A stretch of DNA of 38,255 nt from Chthonomonadaceae bacterium (GCA_035650735.1 DASRGZ010000152.1:1-38255); one strand, 5' to 3'; counted from the stretch's first letter, positions 1-10,111 are shown. Notes: generated from the sequence alone by a model not told the origin. Numbers and translations: made by a program.

Positions 1-2412
1 TACTTGAGGGCGACGATGTCGTTGGTGCCGCTGCCGAACGACTGGCCGGCGACGATGGCAAAGTCTCGCCGGTCGATGGCCAGCGCGTGGGCCGCGTCAC
101 GCTCGGAAAGAGGGCTGCCATAGTCACCGGCCCAGAAGACCTGCCCCGCCGGAGTATATCGGACGCAGTGAATATCCCGCTGTACGCTGTCCGGGGCCAC
201 GCCAGGACGGTTAACAGTCCACGTCAGCGTGGGATAGCCTTCGGCCGGGTGGCTGAGGACCAGGCATTTCCTCAGGCTCGCGCCCTCTAGAGCCATCTGC
301 TCCTCCATGCGCGCCCAGAGCTGGGTGCCGTGCCGGTCGTACTTGAGGAGCGCCACGTTCGGCGTCCGCCTGCCCTCGATCTCGTCCGACCGATCCCGCG
401 ACATAGACGCTGCCGATCCCGTCCACGTTGATGCTGCGCCCCTCATCCTGCGTGTGCGCTGGGCCGTCGAAGCGGCGTACCCAGAGCTCGCGGCCCGATT
501 TATCGTACTTGATGGTTAGGATGTCCGACCGGTCCCTGAGGTGCCGGTCGCCGGGAGCGTGGGCACAGCCCGTAACGTAGACCGCGCCCTCCGAGTCCAC
601 CGCGATTCCTGCTGGCGTCGCATCGGCATGGTCGCCCCCGCCCCACCGGCGCAGCCAGCGCACCGAGCCGTCGGGCCTATACCGCACCGTGAGGATGTCC
701 AGCTCTGCATCGGGCGCGGCTGAGCCGCGTGCCTCCAGGGTGACGCACAGGTCGCCGTCCGGTGCAAGCTCCATGTCGATCCGATCCGTCAGCGGCCCGG
801 CCCCATGCGGCTGGCGGTGCGCCCACTTCAGATCGCCGGCGGCGTCGTACTTGAGGATCACGAACTCGGATGCGGGACCAGAGCGGGCATCGCGGCTCCA
901 GCTTACGCCGGCCACATACACGTTGTCCGCTCGGTCTATACGAATCTGCCGAGCGCGGTCCTCTCCCTGTGCCGGCCCATCGTAGGGACGGACCCAGATG
1001 CGATGACCGTCGTGCGGATCAAGCTTTATCGTGACAAGGTCCAGGCCGCTCAGGCGCGTCGCGCCATTGCCCCCCCCGGTGAGCGAATCGCCCGTGACGT
1101 ACACGCTGCCGTCCGATCCGAGCGTGATGCCGCGCGCCCGATCCACATCATCGGCCAGCCCGTTGTAGCGCGCCTCCCAGATCTGTCTTCCGTTGGGGTC
1201 CAGCTTTAAGACCAGGTAGTCTACATCGTGCTCGGCGGTCTTCAAGAAACCGGCGATGTAGATGCAGCCGGCAGTGTCGGTCACGATGCTGGACGGCTCG
1301 CTGTCGCGGTCTCCGCCCTGCGGCGTATAGCGCCAGGCCCAGAGCCGCTGCGCCTCGGGCGCAACCCGACTCAAGCGCGCAGGGTTCGTTTGCGGCTTGC
1401 GCGCGCCGCGGCGCCAGGTCCCTGAGTACCGGATCAGCACGACCAGAAGCACGAGGAGCGCCAGGGCGGCAGCCGCGACCAGGGGCTGCGCGCGGCCACG
1501 GAGATGCCGGGACCTAGCGGGACCGGGGGCGAAGCGCCCTCTTGCGGGCGGGGGTTCCGGTACCGTGATCGGCGGGAGAGCGGCCGCAGCCGCCTCTGGT
1601 TCGCGATAGGAAGATTGTCGCGGGACCGGTTTCGGTCCTTTGAGCGGCGGGAGGTCAACAACGGCCGGGCTCTGTCGGATGGTATCGCGGAGCTGGCGCA
1701 CCGCAGCCGACGGCTTTTCGTCTAGCTCCTCCTTAAGGAGCCGCTCCAGCTCGGCATATTGGCGCATGGCAGCAGCGGGCTGCCCGCTCGCCGCGTAGGC
1801 GCGCATGAGCACGCAATGGGCCTCTTCGAGCAGCGGCTCTTTGGCGACCAGCCTGCGAGCCGTCTCAATAGCGCGATCCCACTCGGCGGCCTCCTCATAC
1901 GCACGGGCAAGCTTGAGAAGCAGGGCGCCGTGCGCCTCCGCTAACTGCTGACGCTCCAGCAGGATGAACTCCTCATAGAATCCGGGGAGCAGCGGCCCAC
2001 GGTAAATTGCATCGGCGCGCAATAGCGCTTCGATCCGTCCCTTCCAATCAGACGAGGCGCCAGCATCCGCAAGGGCTTGACGGAATTCCGACACGTCGGT
2101 CGTGATCCTGCCTGCGGCCAGCTGGATCGTCGCTCGGGTGGCGACAAGCAGCTCTTCGCCCGTAGCTTGCTTGAGAAGCCGACGGAGAGCGAAGAGTGCC
2201 TGCCGCAGCTTGGGGCGCGATTCGGCAGGATCTTCGTCCGGCCAGAGCAGCTCCAGAAGCGCTTCGCGAGCGTGCTGGCGCGTCGGATCGAGCAACAGAT
2301 AGGCCAGAAGGAGCGTGGTTCGGTTTGGCGGGACCTCGGAGGGCGGCCGGTTTGGCGCTGTGATTGCAATCCCACCGAGCAGCTGGAAGTAGACGAGAGG
2401 CGCATTTCCCAT
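1..2412 (-). pseudogene. SARP-type regulator (wHTH + BTAD) with a TM helix and C-terminal SBBP-like beta-propeller; frameshifted near 386-393; runs off the window start
   Basis: BTAD motifs (YRGPLLPGFYEEFILLERQQL, EPLLEEAHCVLMRAY), hydrophobic helix (LVAAAALALLVLLVVLI), repeats D..G.VYVTG / KYD..G...W. The repeats continue in another frame after a CCGA-CCGA duplication (NVALLKYDRHGTQLW...DIVALKY). Confidence 0.8.
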
Positions 2413-2589
2413 CGCAGTGCGGACGTTTGATCAGACAACCAGCGAACGTGGTTTCCATTGTTGCCTGGGCGTCTGCGCGAACTCCACAGGCGGCGTATGC
2501 CCTGAAGCCGAGCGCAGCCGCTTGTGGTTATAGACCCTTCCATTATACATCCTAATCTTTAGCTATATCAAGGAGAACGGAAGGTCTTT

Positions 2590-2618
2590 CCCCAATCCCA
2601 GGTCAGGCAGGGTTGGGG
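2590..2618 (-). terminator. GC-rich hairpin downstream of the deacetylase gene
   Basis: CCCCAATCC/GGGTTGGGG imperfect inverted repeat just past the stop; no clear U-tract. Confidence 0.3.
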
Positions 2619-2622
2619 GCGC

Positions 2623-3534
2623 TCAGCGGCCTCTTGCCGCCTTGATGGGGAGAGTAGGCGGCTGGCTCAGAAGCAGTTCGCTGACCGGCACGACCTGCGC
2701 GCCGATTTTGTCCAGATACTCAAAAATGCGCGGCAGGGCCTCCGCTGACCCCACGCAGGAGACGTGCATGAGCGTGATGTAGCCCGGCTTGACTTTGCGG
2801 CAGATGCGCTCGGCCACGAACGCCGCCGATTTGGGCTGGCCTACGCTATCGAGCGAGTCGAGCGTCCAGGCAATCGGCTGATAGCCCGCCTGTGCGACGA
2901 CGGCGCGGGTGCGCCTATCGCTGTCGCCGTAGGGAAACCGGAAGAGCGGCTTTGCGCCCCGTCCACACGCCTTGATAATGGCGGCCTCAGCCCGCTCCAG
3001 TTGGCTGCGTATTTCGGCGTCGCTCAGCCGGGTGAAATGCGGATGCGAATAGGAGTGGTTGCCCAGCTCCATGCCGGCGGCGGCGATGGCCTGGCACTCT
3101 TGCGGGAAGGTGGCGCAGAATTTGCCGGTGAGGAAGAAGGTCGCATGCGCCTTATGCTCGGCCAGTATCTTGAGGATGATCGGGACGGCCTTGGCGTCGC
3201 TGCCCGCATCAAACGTCAGCGCCACGCGCGGCGGCGCGCTCTGGCCTTCATAGAACTGGACTGGCGATGGCTTCCATTGCGCTAGAGGCGCGTTCGTGGG
3301 ATCAGGAGGCGCACTGCGGGGCGAATTCCGGGCGGAAACCTGCGGAGGGAACCGGGGCATAGCCTCTTTGTGGCCGCCCTGGCAGCCTGAGAGCGCCGCC
3401 AGAAGACCCAGCGACATTACGCAGGCGGCAATCCGCCGAACGCGAGCAAAGAAAGGGAGTCTGGCCGGCGCCAGGCTCCCCCTGTATGTGGCACGAATCA
3501 ACGCTGTCTTCCTGGTTATCAATTGCAATTCCAC
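2623..3534 (-). CDS. NodB-family polysaccharide deacetylase, probable lipoprotein; true start likely downstream of 3534
   Basis: ALTFDAG, ATFFLTG, GNHSYSHP, FRFPYG, LMH motifs; lipobox-like LAALSGC. Confidence 0.9.
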   Translation of the reverse strand: MELQLITRKTALIRATYRGSLAPARLPFFARVRRIAACVMSLGLLAALSGCQGGHKEAMPRFPPQVSARNSPRSAPPDPTNAPLAQWKPSPVQFYEGQSAPPRVALTFDAGSDAKAVPIILKILAEHKAHATFFLTGKFCATFPQECQAIAAAGMELGNHSYSHPHFTRLSDAEIRSQLERAEAAIIKACGRGAKPLFRFPYGDSDRRTRAVVAQAGYQPIAWTLDSLDSVGQPKSAAFVAERICRKVKPGYITLMHVSCVGSAEALPRIFEYLDKIGAQVVPVSELLLSQPPTLPIKAARGR

Positions 3535-3609
3535 GCTAGATTCGGTTAAAAGGGCAGTACCAAGCCAGCTTCCGCGTTAGTTTCAATTCCACGCTGGTTC
3601 GATCCAAAG
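3522..3609 (-). CRISPR. Orphan two-repeat CRISPR-like unit with a 27-nt spacer
   Basis: Minus strand: CTTTGGATCGAACCAGCGTGGAATTGAAAC (3609-3580), spacer TAACGCGGAAGCTGGCTTGGTACTGCC, degenerate copy CTTTTAACCGAATCTAGCGTGGAATTGCAAT (3552-3522). 30-nt length and ATTGAAAC 3' end are typical of Cas6-processed class 1 repeats. No cas genes in the window. Confidence 0.6.
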
Positions 3610-3625
3610 ATGGAAGGGCACTGTG

Positions 3626-5044
3626 CTACGGAGTCTGCGTTACTTCCTGCGCGGCCTGGGCGATGGTCTTGCCGTTCAGGCGGGCGCGCAGGAACTGGAG
3701 GGCTTTCTGCAACTGGACATCGTTGGTCTTGTCCTTGAAATCCTCCTCTTTCCAGTTCTTCGATTGCTTGACCTCGATATCGGGCACGATGCCGCCGGAG
3801 CCAGGGATCGGATCGCCATCCTCGTCGCGCTTGCGGTTGATGTCGGTATGCTTGGGCGTATAGTACTTGGCCGTCGTCAGGCGCAGGGCCGAGTGATCTC
3901 CCAATTGGAACAGCGATTGCACCAGCCCCTTGCCGAAGGTGCGCTCGCCCATGAGCGTGCCCACGCCATAGTCCTTGATGGCCCCGGCGACGATCTCGGA
4001 AGCGGAGGCGCTCATGCCGTTGGTCAGGACCACCATCGGCACCTGCCGATGGGTAAATTGCGCCTCCTTCAGCCGCATCGCCTGCTCCTTGCCTGTGCCC
4101 TCCTTGATGTAGACGACCGCGTTATCCAGGTCTTTGTTCTGGTCAGGCGGAATGAAGAGGCTGGCGACATCAATGGCGACGGTCAGCAGCCCGCCGGGAT
4201 TGTAGCGCAGGTCGAAGACCAGCGCGCGCATTCCCTGGCTCTCCAGGCTGGCAAACGCCCGCTCCATCTGCTCAATGCTTTTCTCGTTAAAATCGGTCAG
4301 GACGATATGGCCGATCTTATTCTCTTTATCCTCCATCCAGTACTTTACGACGGGCGGTTCGACCAGGGCACGCCGGATGGTGAAGTCCAACGGCGTCTTG
4401 CCGCGCATCACGCCAAGCCGGACGTAGGTGCCGCTCTTGCCCTTGATCAGGTTGACGACCTCGTTGAGGTCCTTGCCGAGGATGGGCTTGCCGTTGACGC
4501 GCACGATCACGTCGTCGGCTTTGAGGCCCGCCTTTTCCGCCGGGCCGGTTTCGATGGGTCGGACGACCTTGATGGCGCCGTTATTCGGCGGTTCCTGTTG
4601 CAGCAGCGCGCCGATGCCTTCAAAATCACCGCGCGTCGTCGCCTGCATCTGGGACCAATCGTCGGGGTTGAGGAAGCTGGTGAACTGATCTTTGAGGGTA
4701 TCCAGCATCCCCTGGATCGCCTCGTAGGTAAGCTGGCGCGTCTTCTTGGCATCAACGGGCGGGCCGTAATAGTCCTTTTTGAGCAGGTTTAGCGCGGTTT
4801 TGTAATCTTCCAGCGGATCGCTATTCTGCCCAGTATAGTCGCTGCCTTTCTCGTCGCCCTCCTGCGGCGCGAGCCAGGCAGTGAGAACGCGCCGCGCCAT
4901 GCGGGCGCGTTCCAGGCTGTGATGGCCCCAGATCTCATCGCCCGCGTAGCCTACCAGCACCGAGGCGAGAACCAGCCCGACGACGGCAGGCACGACCAGC
5001 AGACGCGAGAGAAGCGACCGAAACCCTCTTGATGATAGACGCAT
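3626..5044 (-). CDS. ctpA: Carboxyl-terminal processing protease, S41A family with PDZ domain
   Basis: GIGA PDZ loop, DLRYNPGG, catalytic SASASE and TFGKG; N-terminal hydrophobic anchor. Confidence 0.93.
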   Translation of the reverse strand: MRLSSRGFRSLLSRLLVVPAVVGLVLASVLVGYAGDEIWGHHSLERARMARRVLTAWLAPQEGDEKGSDYTGQNSDPLEDYKTALNLLKKDYYGPPVDAKKTRQLTYEAIQGMLDTLKDQFTSFLNPDDWSQMQATTRGDFEGIGALLQQEPPNNGAIKVVRPIETGPAEKAGLKADDVIVRVNGKPILGKDLNEVVNLIKGKSGTYVRLGVMRGKTPLDFTIRRALVEPPVVKYWMEDKENKIGHIVLTDFNEKSIEQMERAFASLESQGMRALVFDLRYNPGGLLTVAIDVASLFIPPDQNKDLDNAVVYIKEGTGKEQAMRLKEAQFTHRQVPMVVLTNGMSASASEIVAGAIKDYGVGTLMGERTFGKGLVQSLFQLGDHSALRLTTAKYYTPKHTDINRKRDEDGDPIPGSGGIVPDIEVKQSKNWKEEDFKDKTNDVQLQKALQFLRARLNGKTIAQAAQEVTQTP

Positions 5045-5118
5045 AGATTTCCTGACCCTATTTCCCACTCAAGTCCGGCCTGAGTCCCCCAGAATCGGAC
5101 AATATAGATTTATAGATT

Positions 5119-6501
5119 TCACGCTGAAACGTTCAGGGCCGCCAGGGCACGCTCCAGGGCGGCATCGGTACCGGAGGCGCCCGACGTCACGGCAATATCC
5201 GGCGTGACCCCTTGCGACAGGTCGGCGCCCTCGGTAGTGAGCAGCCTGGCGGTCGCCATCTCTACGCCGGAACCGTCCCGCAAGACCGTGAAAAGCTGGA
5301 GGATCGCATCCCCGAACGTGCGCGTGCCGATCACCTTCGCCCGGCCCGCGTCGCGCAGCGCCGCCGCCACCAGTTCGGAGAGGTTCGCCGTTCCTGAATC
5401 GACCAGCACCGCCAGCGGCACCTCCAGCGGCGACTTGGCGGGCGTGACCGTCAGCGGCTCGCGCCGGTTGGGTTTGCGCTCGATGGCGGCGACCTCGCCG
5501 CCGCGCGTCAGGCGCGCGATGAGCTTGAGCGCCGAGTCATAGCCGTTGGCGTCGGCATCCGCGGCGGCGCGCACCCCGCCCGGATTATCCCGCAGATCCA
5601 CGATCAGGCCCTTTAGTTGGCCCTGCGCCTTGTCCAGCGCGCGCTGGAATTCCTCCGTCGCCTTCGCGTTAAACAGGCGCACGCGCAGGTAGCCGACCCG
5701 GTTTGCCAGCGTCCGAAACTCGACCGGATGGACCTCCGTGAGAGCGGTCGTCAGGTCTAGCTTGAGGGGCGCAGGCTGACCGGCGCGCTCCACGGTCAGT
5801 TGCAGCGGCTTGCCTTCGCCGGCGCTAAGCAGCGTGAGGGCCTTGATAAGGCTATACCCCTTCTTGAACTTATCGCGTGCCTGTTTGAACTGCTCCTGCT
5901 TGGCTGTATCGTCCTGATTTGACGCTCGGATTCGGCCTGCATCCACCGCAATAGAATAGGCGATAATCCAGTGCCCATTGATTTCGGTGATATGATCTCC
6001 CGGCTGCAAACCGGCCTTTTCCGCCGGGCTGCTCGGCATGGTATCTACAACAGTCAGGTAGCGGTATTCTACATCGTCTTTTTTCGTTCTGGTAACGGTC
6101 AGCGCCGCGCCGATACCGTGGAAGTGCCCCGCCAGCGCCTCCTGCCGCGCCTGCCGCAGGGGCGGCTCCAGGAAGTTCGTCTTCGGGTCGTCCAGCGAGG
6201 CGAACATGCGGGCCAGCGCGCCGTGGCTCAACTGGGACTCGTTATTGATGCCCTCGACGTAGTCGCGCTGCACGTAGTCGAGCACGGTGGCGAAGACCTC
6301 GGAGGGGGAAGCGTCGGCGTCCTGGCCGTCGTCATCCGAGCTGCCGATGGCTCCGCCGCTGGAAGAGGCCGAAAGCAGGAAGGGCCGGATATGCTTATGT
6401 AAAGGCAGTGCATGACGCAGTTGACGCCCCCCATAAAAGCCGAGGGACACCGCCCCGCCCAGAAACATCACTATCAACAGTTGCTTGGCAGACCGAATCA
6501 C
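5119..6501 (-). CDS. S41/CtpA-like PDZ protein lacking the catalytic Ser/Lys
   Basis: GIGA and DLRDNPGG are present, but TANLSE replaces SASASE and TFGDA replaces TFGKG. GTG at 6501 is preceded by GGAGGA. Confidence 0.88.
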   Translation of the reverse strand: MIRSAKQLLIVMFLGGAVSLGFYGGRQLRHALPLHKHIRPFLLSASSSGGAIGSSDDDGQDADASPSEVFATVLDYVQRDYVEGINNESQLSHGALARMFASLDDPKTNFLEPPLRQARQEALAGHFHGIGAALTVTRTKKDDVEYRYLTVVDTMPSSPAEKAGLQPGDHITEINGHWIIAYSIAVDAGRIRASNQDDTAKQEQFKQARDKFKKGYSLIKALTLLSAGEGKPLQLTVERAGQPAPLKLDLTTALTEVHPVEFRTLANRVGYLRVRLFNAKATEEFQRALDKAQGQLKGLIVDLRDNPGGVRAAADADANGYDSALKLIARLTRGGEVAAIERKPNRREPLTVTPAKSPLEVPLAVLVDSGTANLSELVAAALRDAGRAKVIGTRTFGDAILQLFTVLRDGSGVEMATARLLTTEGADLSQGVTPDIAVTSGASGTDAALERALAALNVSA

Positions 6502-6944
6502 CGTTCTCCTCCACACCGGACACGCCCTATCAACGACGACAGCCGGCCCAGCGCTCGGTGCGCCCGCCGGAAAGCCGCCACTTGTCTCTATGTTTAAGTG
6601 GTTGGGACTAAGGAATAGTTCCCGATTTTGCGGCCCGCTGTGAGATTTCCTGTAGAGGGTGGGGCCTGGCCGCGAAACTTCTTCCAGTAAACAGGATAAC
6701 ACAACGCCCCGCAAAAGTCAACGCAGTCGGCAGCAGGAGTATCCTAACGGTAGCCGGGTACGGCTGTATGCATCCCTCATGAGAGGACAGGGAGTTGGAC
6801 TACCAGGCGATGTGCCTCGCGGCGTTCCCACGCAGCGAGACGGGCCAGCAGCCTCCTCACGCGGCCCGTGACGTCCCCTGGCTGCTGGCCCAGAGCAGAG
6901 GAGAGAATGGCAAGCGGGGATTTAGCGGGCAAATCGAGAAGATA

Positions 6945-8375
6945 TTAGAGGGCCTTCAGGAACGCCACGAGGTCCTGCTTCTCTTCCGCCGTTAAGCCGA
7001 TATGGAACCGCGTGTCGTAGAACTCGACGACCTCCTCCAGCGCGGCCGCAGAGCCGTTGTGGAAGTAGGGCGCCCGCGCGGTCAGCCCACGCAGCGCCGG
7101 GCCTTTGAACTTACCGATGTCGGCCCATTTGCCGGTAAGAAGCGCGCGGCCCGGATCGGTGGTGTAGATGAGCGCGCCGGTGGTACGGTTGCGCAGGGTA
7201 TAGAGCGGCAGGTCCGGCGTGCGCCGGCTCGCGTCCGATATGCCGATGTCCAGCGGTATGGACAGGGAATGGTTGCCGATGTTGGGCGTGTTGTGACAGG
7301 TGGTGCAGGTTCCTACTACCTCTTGTGGGCTGCCGAAGTAGGGATTGTCGTTGAGGCCCTTAACGCCGGTAATGCGAATGGGCTTGCTGATAAATAGCTG
7401 CTCGCCCCGCGCAATCGCCCGCCGGTGGGGATTGCGGGAGTTCGCCCACGCGGCATAAAGCTGCATGGAGTTGGGGTCGAACGGGCCATTCGGGTCGGCC
7501 ACGTTGTCATTGATGCCAATGTAGAACGGGAAGCTCGCCAGCGTTTCGGGACCGCCCAGCGCCCCCCGCGCCGCCAGATTGCCGGCCTTCCGATCCTCAC
7601 TCTGGGCCGTGTAAAGCCCCGTCTCGAACGCGACGATCTGCTCTTTTTGCGCCTCCGTGAGGTCCTGAGCCGCCTGCGCGTGGCCGGTCGTGGCGCCGTT
7701 GGCCTGGTGCATCAGATCGAAGAGCAGCGCAGCGACGTTGGGCGCCTCGCTTCCGCCGAGGGGCTGGATGCTCATCGGCTGAACGGTCTCACGGCCATCC
7801 CACATCACCGCGCTGAGGAACCGCAGGTTGGTGGCGGGAAGCGGCCTGCGGAACAGGGAGAGTTCCTTGGCGCTGGCGTAGCCGTATGGGTCGTCTACGG
7901 CGACCAGCTCAAACTCCGCATTGTCCGGGATGCCTATGCCGACGCGGATAAGGCCCTTGGTCAGCAGCATACTGTACGCCTTTCGCCGCGCCTCCACCGT
8001 AGAAACATCGGCGTTGGGGGAGTTGGAGCCGTCGTTGGTGCGGAAGAGCGGGTCGCGCCCTCTGGTGGCCTCAAACCGCTCCCGGACGTGCTCCGGCGTG
8101 ATGGACCAGCCGAAGGCGGGCTGGTGGCAGGTGACGCAGGCTCGTCCGTTGGTCCCTAGCACCTGAAAGAAGGGATTGCGGAGATCGATGGGGCCGTTCA
8201 CGCTGATGGTTCGTACCCCGCCGGCGTCGTCGGGGAACTCGCCCCGGGGCGGGCGCTGACCGGCATAGGATGCGGCCATACCAAGCTCTCCCAGTGTCAG
8301 GAGAGTAGCGATGGCGACCGCGGGACGGAACCTGGAAACGCGGGGTCGAGGCGTCCAGAAGAACGTAAGCTTCAT
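6945..8375 (-). CDS. Exported di-haem cytochrome c, MauG/bCCP superfamily-like
   Basis: CVTCH and CTTCH; GKFKGPALRGL..RAPYFHNGSA motif; signal peptide; AAGGAGG RBS. Confidence 0.85.
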   Translation of the reverse strand: MKLTFFWTPRPRVSRFRPAVAIATLLTLGELGMAASYAGQRPPRGEFPDDAGGVRTISVNGPIDLRNPFFQVLGTNGRACVTCHQPAFGWSITPEHVRERFEATRGRDPLFRTNDGSNSPNADVSTVEARRKAYSMLLTKGLIRVGIGIPDNAEFELVAVDDPYGYASAKELSLFRRPLPATNLRFLSAVMWDGRETVQPMSIQPLGGSEAPNVAALLFDLMHQANGATTGHAQAAQDLTEAQKEQIVAFETGLYTAQSEDRKAGNLAARGALGGPETLASFPFYIGINDNVADPNGPFDPNSMQLYAAWANSRNPHRRAIARGEQLFISKPIRITGVKGLNDNPYFGSPQEVVGTCTTCHNTPNIGNHSLSIPLDIGISDASRRTPDLPLYTLRNRTTGALIYTTDPGRALLTGKWADIGKFKGPALRGLTARAPYFHNGSAAALEEVVEFYDTRFHIGLTAEEKQDLVAFLKAL

Positions 8376-8694
8376 GGTGTCCTCCTTGCAGCCGAATAAG
8401 CCGCTCCACTACGGATGCGTCACTATCCTTCGAGAGTTGAAGTGGCTTGGGCCGCGTTACCATATCGCTCTGCGACGAAGGCGTGACGCAGGAAGAGTGT
8501 ATGGCGTCGCCGTAGAGCAAACGCAAAGGTGGCGTAATCTGCGCGACAAATGTGTGTAACAGGATGATAGAGCGATGAGAGCGCATCCGGTAGGGCGAAA
8601 GGTAGCAGATGGTTATCTTATTGGCTGCGGGAGGGAAAATATCATGCTAATTTTGCATGTTTCTTGCGATATTTTTATACTGCCCCCGTATACT

Positions 8695-9010
8695 CTTCTC
8701 GCAATCGGGCGCTGTGGACGGCGCCCGCTGCTCCTGGGCTGGTATGACGCGTGGATCGTGCGGGAGCGGGAACGGCTGGCGTGGGAGTGGGGGAATGCCT
8801 CGCTGCGGTTGGGCACGCTGTTGGCGGAGGGCAGCAAACTGGAGCGCGCCACGGAGTTGGCCCGGCAGGTGTTGGAGGAAGAGCCGCTGCGCGAGGACGC
8901 CTGTCTCCTCTTGCGTAGAGGGTGGCGCCTCTCTTCGTCTGTGGGACCTGCGCCTGCTGCGCTGCTGGCTGGCAGCCATCGGACTCGACTGGAATCTACC
9001 CCGTCCGCTA
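8695..9010 (+). pseudogene. Degraded BTAD (SARP activator) fragment
   Basis: PLLLGWYDAWIVRERERL...ELARQVLEEEPLREDAC parallels the BTAD of the 2412 gene; no DNA-binding domain and no credible start. Confidence 0.6.
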
Positions 9011-9025
9011 TTCTAAAGGACACTT

Positions 9026-9967
9026 TCAGTTGCCGGAGACCGAGTCCACGCGACGGAACAGACGCCTGAGCTTTTCGATATGCCCCGGCGGCAGAGGGGG
9101 ACGGGTCAGCGACGCCGCATTGGCTTCCAGGTGTTCCAGGCTGCCTGTCCCGGACAGCACGACATGGATGCCCGGCTCGTGCCGGCAGAAGCGATAGGCG
9201 GCATCCGGCAGGCTTGCCGCCGAGCCGTCCCGCACGAGGAAACCGAGTGGGTCTTCGGGATCGTAGGTGCCTACCTCCACCAGCCCTTGCGCGGCCAGAT
9301 CGCCCATCAGCGCGCGCAGCGCCTCCGGGCGGCTTAAGGCGCGGCGGACCGCGAACATGCAGAGCACGCCGATATTGTTCTGCTGAGTCCGCACGAACAG
9401 GCGCTCCCGCGCCGACTGGTTGATGAGGTTGAAGCCGGCCATGATCACGTCCCAGCACGCATCGTCGAGGGCGCGGTTCAGCATACGGTGCGAAGGATCG
9501 GAAGCAAACGCCTCGGTAATCCCGAGGAAGCGGACTTTGCCCGCCGTGCGCAGCTCCTGCAGGGCCGGAAGAAGCTCGGAGAGGGCATAGGCGTAATCGT
9601 CTGCCGCTACGCCGTGTAGGTGCAGGACGTCCACATAGTCGGTACGCAGCCGCTGCAAGCACGCCTCCGCCCGCTCCTTGATCTCCGCCGCGGTCGCCAA
9701 TGCTCCCTCGCGCCGGGGAGAGACCTTCGTGGAGAGCACAACCGCCTCCCGCCGCTTCCCTGCAAGCGCCTGTCCCACGACCGTCTCGGTGCCGTAGGAT
9801 TCGGCGGTGTCCAGGAAGTTGACGCCGAGGTCGAGGGCCTTTTGGACCACCGCGATAGCTTCGGCCTGCGTGTGGCCGGTCGCCAGCCCCAGGCGGCTGT
9901 GCCCGCCGCACCCCAGCCCCATCACGCTCACCGCAAGGCCTGTCCGGCCCAGGATCGTGTAGTCCAT
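9026..9967 (-). CDS. Aldo/keto reductase
   Basis: LGRTGLAVSVMGLG, FLDTAESYG, STK, LRTDYVDVLHLH. Confidence 0.93.
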   Translation of the reverse strand: MDYTILGRTGLAVSVMGLGCGGHSRLGLATGHTQAEAIAVVQKALDLGVNFLDTAESYGTETVVGQALAGKRREAVVLSTKVSPRREGALATAAEIKERAEACLQRLRTDYVDVLHLHGVAADDYAYALSELLPALQELRTAGKVRFLGITEAFASDPSHRMLNRALDDACWDVIMAGFNLINQSARERLFVRTQQNNIGVLCMFAVRRALSRPEALRALMGDLAAQGLVEVGTYDPEDPLGFLVRDGSAASLPDAAYRFCRHEPGIHVVLSGTGSLEHLEANAASLTRPPLPPGHIEKLRRLFRRVDSVSGN

Positions 9968-9997
9968 TCCCCCGCCCACCTCACTTCAGAAGAATAG

Positions 9998-10111
9998 ATG
10001 CAGCCCTCACTCCCGACCCCTATCCCACGCTGAGGGAGAGGGGAGAATCCGAGCTTCTCGGTTCCTCCCCTCCTAAGTTTTGGGAGAGGGGACAGGGAAT
10101 GAGGGCTACAT
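9998..10111. repeat. REP-like inverted doublet
   Basis: 17-bp outer inverted repeat (ATGCAGCCCTCACTCCC / GGGAATGAGGGCTACAT, 2 mismatches) enclosing two CCCCT...GGGAGAGGGG hairpins. Confidence 0.7.

Noticed and set aside
3623..4792. 389-aa plus-strand ORF and similar long antisense ORFs (e.g. 29953-31281, 28083-29141, 21999-22703, 15556-16587)
   Set aside because: Shadows of well-supported genes on the opposite strand in high-GC DNA; no recognisable motifs.
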